DNA of 64,000 nt from a virus: positions 1 to 64,000 of the IMG/VR virus record IMGVR_UViG_3300042888_001738, one strand, 5' to 3'. Of this stretch, positions 56,501 through 64,000 are shown piece after piece (positions within the stretch are counted from its first letter, which is position 1; every line of letters begins with the position of its first letter). Under the pieces are notes generated by a model. The model searched no databases. It saw only the letters and a program-made list of their open reading frames with translations, and was not told the origin of the DNA. A program made the position numbers and the translations under genes.

Positions 56501-58610
56501 AACATCATCTGGCGGTGACATATTATCTGCTCAAGTAAATTGTACGGATGATATTATAAATTTAACAACAACCCCAAATAAAGTTAATAGTCAATCACAG
56601 TGGTATAGTATACCGGCAATGGCATGTCGAAGAGTTTCGATACTAAAAATTGTTGCAACCGTCCCACCTGAAAAGGTAGTAAAAGACCCTGACCCAATAC
56701 CTGTCCCTGATGATGGATCAACACCAAACCCACAAAACATATTAACTGGTCAGACTCAAAGTATTAAACCTGAACCAAAAATAACTATAGAACAAAAAAT
56801 TAAGGAGGGTATATCTAAAAAGATATTAAGAAACTTATTCACGGAGTGTGATTACTTCCAAGTGATTAAAGAGACTGATCCCATGATTTATGATACAATC
56901 AAAGATAAGATCAAATTCTTTAGTCCCGCTTTTCACTCTATGACACCTGAGGGTTTAAATGCGAGATTAACATTCTTACAACAGTGTACAAGACCGGGTC
57001 AAACAATACCTGTGATTGGACCTGATGGTAGACCAAAATATAATGATGCGTTAAACACATCATTCGGAGCACCACCAATATTGGTATTAAGAGTCGGTGA
57101 CTTCTATCATACAAAAATAGTACCGACAAGTTTAGGTATTTCTTATGAACCATTAGTTTTAGATATGAATCCTGAAGGTATTGGTGTACAACCTATGTTG
57201 GCAAAAATTAGTTTAAGTTTTAATATTATCGGTGGTATGGGTATAAAAGAACCCGTACAAGAATTACAAAACGCATTATCGTTTAACTATTATGCAAATA
57301 CTGAGATATATGACGAAAGGGCAACCCCAACCGAAGATACAAGTAAGTTAGACAAATATGTTGTTGAAAAAATAACAAACGGTTTACCACCAGTAACAAC
57401 TTCAGATCAAGCACAAATTAATAGCGTACAACCTAAAAAAGGTGGAAGTACTATAGGTGTTATTGCGAGTGATACCAATATGGATTATGCACCTCTGTTA
57501 ACCTCTCTACAAGATGGTTTACGAGGTTACTTCACCACATATTATGATGCTTTAGAAAAGATCAGTACTGATTATAATTATGGTATATTACAATTGTATT
57601 TGAAAGATAGATCTTATGTTAAAGGTGATGTTTCGGTTTATACGAACGATAAAAAAGAAACGACTTTATTTGGTAAAAACAACAAATACCAAGATTATAT
57701 TGAAAACCTCATCAAAAAAGTTAAAAAGGATATTGATGATGAAGATTCACCTATTATAAAACCTTTGGTAGGAGATGGTCAAGGTATGACAAACAAACAA
57801 AAAAGAGAAATACAAGACAAGTTAAAAACTTTGGCGGATCAAAGACAAGGTGCCATCTTAGATGTTTTAAATGCGAATACAAATAACATCATACAGAATC
57901 AAACCGAGTTAAATTACATTTTTAGACAATTGGATGTAGTCGCTTCTAAACTTGATGGTGAGTTAAATACAAATAACAAACCAAAACTTTATGATTTAAG
58001 TGGTGATACATTCTTCGCACCAGCAACAACTGAAGGTTCATTATCAAATGTGTTTACCGTTAAAGTACCAGAAGCAATCAAAGAGTTTGAAGATATAATG
58101 ACTGAACTCAAGATAGTTACAAATTACTTCGACCCTAGTACATCCAGTTTAAATAGTGGTGATGGATGTGACTTTAAATTTGGGGGTACAAGTATTTTTG
58201 GAGATAGTTGTCCTAACAATAGATTTTATATTGCGATGTCGACATTATTTACCGATTCTAATTTATTAACGTCAGTAATAAATGATTTAACAAGTGGGGA
58301 GGAAGTTAAGAAAAATCCGGCGTTGGTAACACAAATTAATGAGGTTTGTAAAAATTATGGAGTTTTCTGTACTAATACAAATACATCATTTAACGGACAA
58401 TTTACGAAAACGGAAACCGATACAATATATGGACCAAGATTTAAAGCCGTAACAACATTTGCTTTACCTGATAGTACGGTTAAGATTTGTAATTATAGTA
58501 CTGACGTAACACAAGACGTTAATCAAAAAAATAAAAAAATAGAAGACCTATATTCAAATAATAATTTGAACAATAAAAATACCTTCAACGGAAAAGTAAC
58601 ATTTAATTAA
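53538..58610 (+). CDS. large baseplate / tube-initiator-like protein with embedded OmpA-like domain
   Basis: Tube-like FLGRPEPIYTY.NT.RSG and PPILVLRVGDFYHTKI segments; OmpA-like GSAS....YNQKLSERR...V...RRV. Confidence 0.6.
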   Translation: MSESFLSFGNSSAFRKQLLVKNLTPYNVPGTYTSPGNPVDYEVVLSVNNVIDSPNNYVSTNLFAQDLYPLNEYGPEGGFGNPIGVNSVASTNNPEGTNQGPYEPIDTVLDIVNEFYIESAYVTNKWGPSGGYKDLVVITDIQNAGNIYQPYWDPGYYSYSSYPTFNIVFQNDPIGSNGPLSSDSFLAKIGASQLKFAFEERVAQELQQATIGVINLDTISDPFSASLLASGQQPFFIRDWRITVPENPALVAVSLANRLTGTYFPVSFIPGDYFDGDNPINGPQTEAALGVANSLTGGLLAPILNKYRSPSEVFVANTGNGTRSALFSALDYNLYRPAYNRGVIGGLIAGASAAVNRLFDQDKAQSSGYYVGNENAEPSQIDGPPNQVPVNQFGVQQQSIVYGPQELAKLYEGNESLINFGLAGRSYSDGGGTSGQLVWTSPKYKGNAGFRATQGGGAGSLDDDFNQISADYLRYQSVDIPFRPGSILYETQRLVDSADQVQGQARLKHVGTAINQVSKVFNDGYKEMTKGSMVLSYVNQADGTQAGLEYCRVFQKDTPYYTYADLQKSAGITTEGRRVDYSILDSTYNLNIAPLKNPGSTNIVDGKVKKYMFSIENLAWRTSDRPGYTYDDLPVCEKGPNGGRIMWFPPYDLKFSDDSKPDFNSTFFLGRPEPIYTYKNTSRSGQLTWTIIVDNPSMLNTIIEKQMKGVGKERVQSVVDSFFAGCTKYDIYELGIKFNMIPTKDLFTYQQILNNPRLTTEEQIQVFESIPQDPVTKQPNKATGGDGTPNTTETGTETAENTKPTDVDLSKYVGYGFYFENDIPKGNPGTTAASPYNVYYDNYIGLQNTTYQSEAPTTVSSGGQEFQKAGIPQFFSDVITGNFNLIQTGLMKEIDEVLIKNGSITIDMVGSASAPAKVSYNQKLSERRNDSVKKWMLAYKLSNGDTVQKYADSQKFTMNFKGSGEELVIPKTKKDADATSFTGDTSVTTSSGGDILSAQVNCTDDIINLTTTPNKVNSQSQWYSIPAMACRRVSILKIVATVPPEKVVKDPDPIPVPDDGSTPNPQNILTGQTQSIKPEPKITIEQKIKEGISKKILRNLFTECDYFQVIKETDPMIYDTIKDKIKFFSPAFHSMTPEGLNARLTFLQQCTRPGQTIPVIGPDGRPKYNDALNTSFGAPPILVLRVGDFYHTKIVPTSLGISYEPLVLDMNPEGIGVQPMLAKISLSFNIIGGMGIKEPVQELQNALSFNYYANTEIYDERATPTEDTSKLDKYVVEKITNGLPPVTTSDQAQINSVQPKKGGSTIGVIASDTNMDYAPLLTSLQDGLRGYFTTYYDALEKISTDYNYGILQLYLKDRSYVKGDVSVYTNDKKETTLFGKNNKYQDYIENLIKKVKKDIDDEDSPIIKPLVGDGQGMTNKQKREIQDKLKTLADQRQGAILDVLNANTNNIIQNQTELNYIFRQLDVVASKLDGELNTNNKPKLYDLSGDTFFAPATTEGSLSNVFTVKVPEAIKEFEDIMTELKIVTNYFDPSTSSLNSGDGCDFKFGGTSIFGDSCPNNRFYIAMSTLFTDSNLLTSVINDLTSGEEVKKNPALVTQINEVCKNYGVFCTNTNTSFNGQFTKTETDTIYGPRFKAVTTFALPDSTVKICNYSTDVTQDVNQKNKKIEDLYSNNNLNNKNTFNGKVTFN

Positions 58611-58611
58611 A

Positions 58612-58935
58612 ATGGCATTACAATATTGGAATAGATATACCGACTTTTTAATCAACGGACAACAGACTGTTGTACCTGGTGTTGCATTACCAACTAAAAC
58701 TTCAGATAAAAACTTTATTTACAAAGTTGGTCAATCACGATTGGATAAAACATCACAACAATTTTACGGAACCCCATACTTTGGTTGGTTAATTCTACAG
58801 GCAAATCCGCAATATACAGGTGATGAATTTTCAATACCTGACGGTGCGGTATTGACAATTCCATTTCCGTTAGTAGCTTCATTACAAGATTATAAAAATT
58901 CATTAGATAATTACTATTTCTACTATGGCAGATAA
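58612..58935 (+). CDS. baseplate LysM-like wedge protein (gp53/tail-X-like)
   Basis: SRLD..SQQFYG.P..GWLILQANP...IPDG..L.IP. Confidence 0.7.
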   Translation: MALQYWNRYTDFLINGQQTVVPGVALPTKTSDKNFIYKVGQSRLDKTSQQFYGTPYFGWLILQANPQYTGDEFSIPDGAVLTIPFPLVASLQDYKNSLDNYYFYYGR

Positions 58936-61900
58936 CGGGGAAAATATTTTAGTTGAGTTTGATTATGACAACATTACCCTTATTGATCCAAACAAATTAG
59001 TAGACCAAGATGGTAATGTAAAAGAAAGATTAGTCAAACAAGAAGATTTGGTTTATTACGCCAATCTTGAGTGTAATGTATTGCCTCGAACTAAGTTGGC
59101 GGTAGGTTCCGCAATGAACGACCAACAAAGAACAATCTCGGTTGGTAAGATTAATTTCTTAAATCCAGGTAGTAAGACTTTTATGGATACCGCTTGGTCT
59201 GATGAAATTACAGGTAAAGACAGCGTTCAAGGAAAGGGAGTAAATCAAGTAAATTTAACTTCGGTTAAAAATCCTAATAAGTCCGATGACTTTTATATAA
59301 CCCAAAACTTAAATTCAAACGGAACACCAGGAGCCGTTGATAATGGTTTCTTGGGGATGAAAAGTATTAACGTATCAATAGGTTTGGATTTCTTACCCGT
59401 AATTACGGTTGACCTTGAGGATGTTAAAGGACGAGCATTATTTGAAGGTGGAAATAATTCACCATACGCAGCGTTCTTCCAATTACCATACCCACAGTTT
59501 ACATTAACGTTAAAGGGATATTACGGTAAAGCGGTTAAGTTCCCAATAATGTTGCAGTCATTTACATCTAAATTTGATCCATCAACACATAACTTTGTAG
59601 TAAGTTTAAAATTCTACGGATACAAATATACGTTGTTGTCTTATGTGAACTTCGGATCTTTGATGGCGGTACCACACATGTATAATAATACAGTGACTCA
59701 AGCACCTGTATCTGTAGAACAAGGTACAACATCAAACGCAACAACGGCAACCTCACCTACTGTTGTGAGTAGAGGTTATCAAAAAATGAAAGAGATCTAC
59801 TCTAACTACAAATCAAAAGGTTTAATTCCTGATGATTTCCCTGAGATCACTTTAAATCAATTGAAATATAGATTACAAAGATTTATCGATGAGGTTTTAG
59901 AAGATTTCACCAAAGAGAATATGGGTGTTATGACAACTATGACCGATTATACTAATACGTTGTTATCATACCAACAAAAAGTATTTTTATTTACGACATC
60001 ATGGTTTAATACATACATGGATATCAAAAACCCAATAATCCTTAAGAGTGGACAAAAGGTTTATGATTATAAAAAAGAATTGTCACCTGAAAAAAGGGAA
60101 ACTGCCCTTACTGAGTTAGATGGTATTATCAAAGAATATAATGCTAGATTAAATGAAAATAAGGTTTTTGGTGTTGGGGGTAGTTACACAATTGGTAATA
60201 TTACCGAACAAACACAAATTCCATTTAACATCACAACAGGTACTTTTAGAGTTTCTATTAAACCTGATGATGTAAATATAATTAAAACATTCCAAGCACA
60301 AGAGAACGCACCAAAAGAAAAATTATCACCAGCCGGAACTCCGTTATCAAATCAAACAAAGGCTGATATTGCGTACACTAATTTTTTATTATCATCACAA
60401 ATATCCTTTATTGCTAATAACTTCACATATAACTATTTTGAGGGTCTAAAATCTTTTATGGAGATAACAGACGGAATGTCTAAACAAGCCGCAACCCTAA
60501 GAACTAAAATAGAACAACAAATTACAACTAGTTTAGCTGAGAAGTTTAATTCAAGAGGGGGAGGAGGTCTCGGATTTACTCCTTCTATTAGAAATATCTT
60601 GGCGGTGTTTTATTGTCAGGGTGAAGCATTTTTAAGATTGTTAGATGATGTTCATAAGAAAGCTTGGGAACAAAGAGAAAATGACTATAGACGAGCTGCG
60701 ATATTTGGTAACCAAACAACCGCACCAAGTGTTGACATAAAATCATCAACACAGAATAACGAACCAATATATCCTTGGCCTCAAGTGATACAAGAAACTG
60801 TAGGTGACGACGGCAAAGAAAAATTCGAATTAATTTATCCTGGTGCACAAAATGTTGCGTCATCGTATAGGGCTTATAGTCCTGAGATTTGGCCTGAAGT
60901 GGAGTTTGTGGAACAATTCATTAAAGGATACACTGAACGTCAAAAAACTGATGATAAAGTGGGTGCCGAATTTAATGAATTAAATAACCAACCATCAAGA
61001 GCATCACTAAATGCTATTGAATTCCCTGTCACAAACGAGGTTTTCCAAAACAAAGAAGAATCAAAATACTTTTTTGAGATTTACGAAAGACTCATGTTAA
61101 ATTCGTACTACAGCAAGTTTAACAGAATGTCCGGTTATGATTTATCAATATATGAAGCCGAAGCTGATGATGAAGCGGTAAACGTAATTAAAAGTTTGGG
61201 TGCGGATAACCCATTTTTAACAAAGAAAATTAAAGAATATCTTTTAGATAGTAATAATTATTTACCATTTTTAAGACATATATCTAATCAAGGACAAGGT
61301 GATAGTTGGCAAACTTTTATCAAAGGTACATTCGTAACACCATATATTAGAAATGATGTTGAAAACCCAAGCGTTGTGTATAACTCTGATATCTTAGCAT
61401 CAACAAAATCACAACCTAATGTTTCTTTATCTAATCCAAGAAACCTTACAAATTTAGAAAAGTATTTGACTGAGACATCGAGTAGTAATACTTTCGACTT
61501 TACCGATGTTTACCCGATCACAAATTTAAATTGGGATAGAAATAATTTAGCGAATGGTAAAAGTCTTAATAACGCTAATGAGGCTTTCGATACTAAAGAT
61601 GTTTTAGAGTATAACGATACTCATAAGACTGTAACTAATTTTGAAGACGACGATAACGAAACGACAAAAAGACCGTATACTTATTTTAATTTTCAAAATT
61701 TATCGGTAACTCCTGATACAACAAATTTAAAAACTTTTTATAATACAAGAGCATATAAAAACCAATTAGTAACAGAAGGTAATTTAAAATATACAGGTTA
61801 TTCAAATCACTTAACTGAAACACAAACTACATCAATGTTGAACACACCGTATTTTATTAATGCTGTACAACAGGGTGTGTTTAATTTTAGATACAAACAA

Positions 61901-64000
61901 AAAGACCCATATCCATATAAAACCGCATCATACCTATTCTTGAATAGTTTACCTTTGGCAACCTTAAGAGAAAAATACGTTACTAAAAATGGTGAGTCGA
62001 CATCAGATTTAAGTTACATTTTAGCAACTATGAAAAAATTTGGGGCGGTTCATAAACTACCTTATGCTTGGATATTAAAATACGGATCAATTTGGAATAG
62101 ATATAAAACATATCGAGACACTGGTGTTGACTACCTTGATAGTGTTTGGAAGGACTTTAATTATCTTGAAAATTGGGACCCTGCAAACTCTGCGGCAACC
62201 AAAAATTATGATTTAGTAATTGACGGTATACCTAGAAGTTTAGTATTAGATACAACAACAGGAACACAACCATTTACAGATATTAACACAGGTTTTTATC
62301 CACAATTAGTTGATGACTTTAATGTCTTCTTACAAGGTTTAAAATTATTTAGTGGTAAAACTCAAACGGGTGGAAGTTGTACAGTACAAGAAGTAACAGG
62401 TAATACAACAGTTTTTGAAGTGACAGGTGTTTGTAGTGGAAACGGATCGACCGTAATCATAAATTCAATCACTAATAATCTATTACAGGTTGGTACTACA
62501 ATCACAATTCCATCCATAAGTGTTAACTTAGTGGTAACAGGGCAAATTGCGGGTGCTGCAGGAAGTACTGGTGTTTATACAACAACCCCAACCCTCTCGA
62601 GTGCAATACCTCTAAACTTTACAATCGGTAGTTTTGCTCAGATGTCAAATGTCAGTTTGGCGGCAATAACAAACGGTTTGATATTATCAGGATCATCATT
62701 CCCATCATCATTAACAATTACCAACCAAATTACAGGTACTACGAATTTAAATGGTTTATATAAAGTTAGTAATAGTTCTGGGTTTACATCTAGTTTTATT
62801 GCTTTAAATCCGGTATTACAAATTAATTCTATTGATAGTAATGTTTTAGTGAACGGATCAATAGTTAATGGTCCTCTATTAAATGGGAATGTAACAATAC
62901 AAAATCAAATTTCGGGAACTACAGGTGGTATTGGTCTTTATATAGTCGGTACAGGTCAAACACCAACAACATCGGCGTTTGTTGTACAAAATAGTTATGT
63001 ACAAGGTATTCCATCATTATCGATACAGAACAACTTAGATAGTGGTAAGTTAATAATGATGAACACACAAAACTCAACAATTTATGAGACACCAGGTTTT
63101 GATCAATCAAATCCTGCAAGGACAATGAGAGTTTCTCCTTGGTCTGTTGTTGTATCATCATCGACCGAACCAAGTTTTTGTTATGTAATGCCGTCTTTTG
63201 GTACTAATATAAATCAGACAAAAGATGAGGCGTTCAAGAATGGGGTTATGCGTACCGAACTTTCGGGTAATGACGCAATGTTTAACGGATCGGTTAGATT
63301 ATTTTGGAACGCACCACAATACGGATGGTTTGATAATTCTAAAGTAATTAAGAATGACCCCGAAACTTATTTGAAAAAAATACTTAACGAACAAAAGGAC
63401 CAACAAAACTTTATTATAAGTGGTAATAAAAATGATTATACGGACTTCCAAGAATTATTTACAACTTTCAATATTAAAACATTAGATTATTTTGAGTCTG
63501 AGTTTTTAAATTTTAGTAGATCAATTTATGATTTTATTGATACCCTACCATCATCTCAAACCGCAAGTAACTTAAATACGACTGAGGCTGAAACCAATGC
63601 GAACGAAGTCAGTGAACAAACGTTTAAAAATTTCCAAACCTTAGCGAGGGAATTATTTAAAGTAAAAATTCCTACAGGTACTTCACCCGAAACAAAATTG
63701 AATAGTTTAATAACAAGTCAAAACGAGACATTCCAAAATATATTAACATCATTTATGAATTATGATGTGGTATTTAAGTATGGTAACCCATCTGATTTTA
63801 ATAAAAGATTGTTCTATACATTCTCAACTAGATTCATTGAAGACCCTATTATTTATGGACCTTATTTCCAAGGATCTTTACCTACACAAGGTGGTGGAGT
63901 CACATTAGCTCAATCCAAACAACAAAACCCAAAATCATGGGAAGCTCTTGAATACTATGTTGGTAAATCAAGTATTCCTGAATTAGTATATAAAGATAGT
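58925..64000 (+). CDS. 3'-truncated very large baseplate/hub-type structural protein (>1690 aa; not in ORF track)
   Basis: ATG at 58925 (MADNGENILVEFDYD...), overlapping the previous stop. The frame was checked open at several points and at the window end, and its absence from the ORF track is consistent with having no stop. Confidence 0.75.
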   Translation, partial: MADNGENILVEFDYDNITLIDPNKLVDQDGNVKERLVKQEDLVYYANLECNVLPRTKLAVGSAMNDQQRTISVGKINFLNPGSKTFMDTAWSDEITGKDSVQGKGVNQVNLTSVKNPNKSDDFYITQNLNSNGTPGAVDNGFLGMKSINVSIGLDFLPVITVDLEDVKGRALFEGGNNSPYAAFFQLPYPQFTLTLKGYYGKAVKFPIMLQSFTSKFDPSTHNFVVSLKFYGYKYTLLSYVNFGSLMAVPHMYNNTVTQAPVSVEQGTTSNATTATSPTVVSRGYQKMKEIYSNYKSKGLIPDDFPEITLNQLKYRLQRFIDEVLEDFTKENMGVMTTMTDYTNTLLSYQQKVFLFTTSWFNTYMDIKNPIILKSGQKVYDYKKELSPEKRETALTELDGIIKEYNARLNENKVFGVGGSYTIGNITEQTQIPFNITTGTFRVSIKPDDVNIIKTFQAQENAPKEKLSPAGTPLSNQTKADIAYTNFLLSSQISFIANNFTYNYFEGLKSFMEITDGMSKQAATLRTKIEQQITTSLAEKFNSRGGGGLGFTPSIRNILAVFYCQGEAFLRLLDDVHKKAWEQRENDYRRAAIFGNQTTAPSVDIKSSTQNNEPIYPWPQVIQETVGDDGKEKFELIYPGAQNVASSYRAYSPEIWPEVEFVEQFIKGYTERQKTDDKVGAEFNELNNQPSRASLNAIEFPVTNEVFQNKEESKYFFEIYERLMLNSYYSKFNRMSGYDLSIYEAEADDEAVNVIKSLGADNPFLTKKIKEYLLDSNNYLPFLRHISNQGQGDSWQTFIKGTFVTPYIRNDVENPSVVYNSDILASTKSQPNVSLSNPRNLTNLEKYLTETSSSNTFDFTDVYPITNLNWDRNNLANGKSLNNANEAFDTKDVLEYNDTHKTVTNFEDDDNETTKRPYTYFNFQNLSVTPDTTNLKTFYNTRAYKNQLVTEGNLKYTGYSNHLTETQTTSMLNTPYFINAVQQGVFNFRYKQKDPYPYKTASYLFLNSLPLATLREKYVTKNGESTSDLSYILATMKKFGAVHKLPYAWILKYGSIWNRYKTYRDTGVDYLDSVWKDFNYLENWDPANSAATKNYDLVIDGIPRSLVLDTTTGTQPFTDINTGFYPQLVDDFNVFLQGLKLFSGKTQTGGSCTVQEVTGNTTVFEVTGVCSGNGSTVIINSITNNLLQVGTTITIPSISVNLVVTGQIAGAAGSTGVYTTTPTLSSAIPLNFTIGSFAQMSNVSLAAITNGLILSGSSFPSSLTITNQITGTTNLNGLYKVSNSSGFTSSFIALNPVLQINSIDSNVLVNGSIVNGPLLNGNVTIQNQISGTTGGIGLYIVGTGQTPTTSAFVVQNSYVQGIPSLSIQNNLDSGKLIMMNTQNSTIYETPGFDQSNPARTMRVSPWSVVVSSSTEPSFCYVMPSFGTNINQTKDEAFKNGVMRTELSGNDAMFNGSVRLFWNAPQYGWFDNSKVIKNDPETYLKKILNEQKDQQNFIISGNKNDYTDFQELFTTFNIKTLDYFESEFLNFSRSIYDFIDTLPSSQTASNLNTTEAETNANEVSEQTFKNFQTLARELFKVKIPTGTSPETKLNSLITSQNETFQNILTSFMNYDVVFKYGNPSDFNKRLFYTFSTRFIEDPIIYGPYFQGSLPTQGGGVTLAQSKQQNPKSWEALEYYVGKSSIPELVYKDS

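Noticed and set aside
45799-58935. Bacterial contractile injection system (eCIS/tailocin) rather than a phage
   Set aside because: The presence of DNA polymerase B, an SNF2 helicase, neck/head-closure genes and a phage-like promoter motif favours a true phage genome.
1-64000. Stop-codon reassignment as seen in some jumbo phages
   Set aside because: Genes tile densely and conserved proteins (polB, sheath, helicase) are intact in the standard code; TAG and TGA are used as stops.
1-64000. tRNA/rRNA genes
   Set aside because: Intergenic gaps are short and AT-rich, and I saw no cloverleaf or T-loop (GTTCGA) context by eye; a tRNAscan run would be needed to be certain.

Overview
This window is an AT-rich fragment of a large (jumbo-type) contractile-tailed dsDNA phage read in the standard code. 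Shine-Dalgarno-free A-rich starts and one TTG-N19-TAnnTTTG promoter suggest a Bacteroidota host. From 1-17 kb are fibre or appendage genes, dominated by two giant proteins carrying about 614 and 658 consecutive proline-free Gly-X-Y (Ser-Gly-Thr/Ser) triplets; the second ends in a beta-roll head and an S74 intramolecular chaperone. From 17-33 kb is a dense protein/glycan modification cassette: sulfotransferase, APS kinase, HxGH nucleotidyltransferase, DUF2061, GT9-like, a GT4 + TibC/Aah-like heptosyltransferase fusion, several GT-A-like proteins, DUF1919, a methyltransferase, a SET protein, a GT60 GlcNAc-transferase and an HtrL-like protein. From 33-64 kb are Pro/Thr-rich structural proteins, a family B DNA polymerase, a neck protein, a tripartite MnSOD fusion, an SNF2 helicase and the tail module (head-tail connector, terminator, sheath, tube, chaperone with a probable programmed frameshift, tape measure, baseplate). 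The leading hypothesis is a phage-encoded system that glycosylates and sulfates its own ultra-long Ser-Gly collagen-like fibres and Pro/Thr mucin-like segments, giving a proteoglycan-like virion coat. All family calls come from motifs recognised by eye; no database searches were run.
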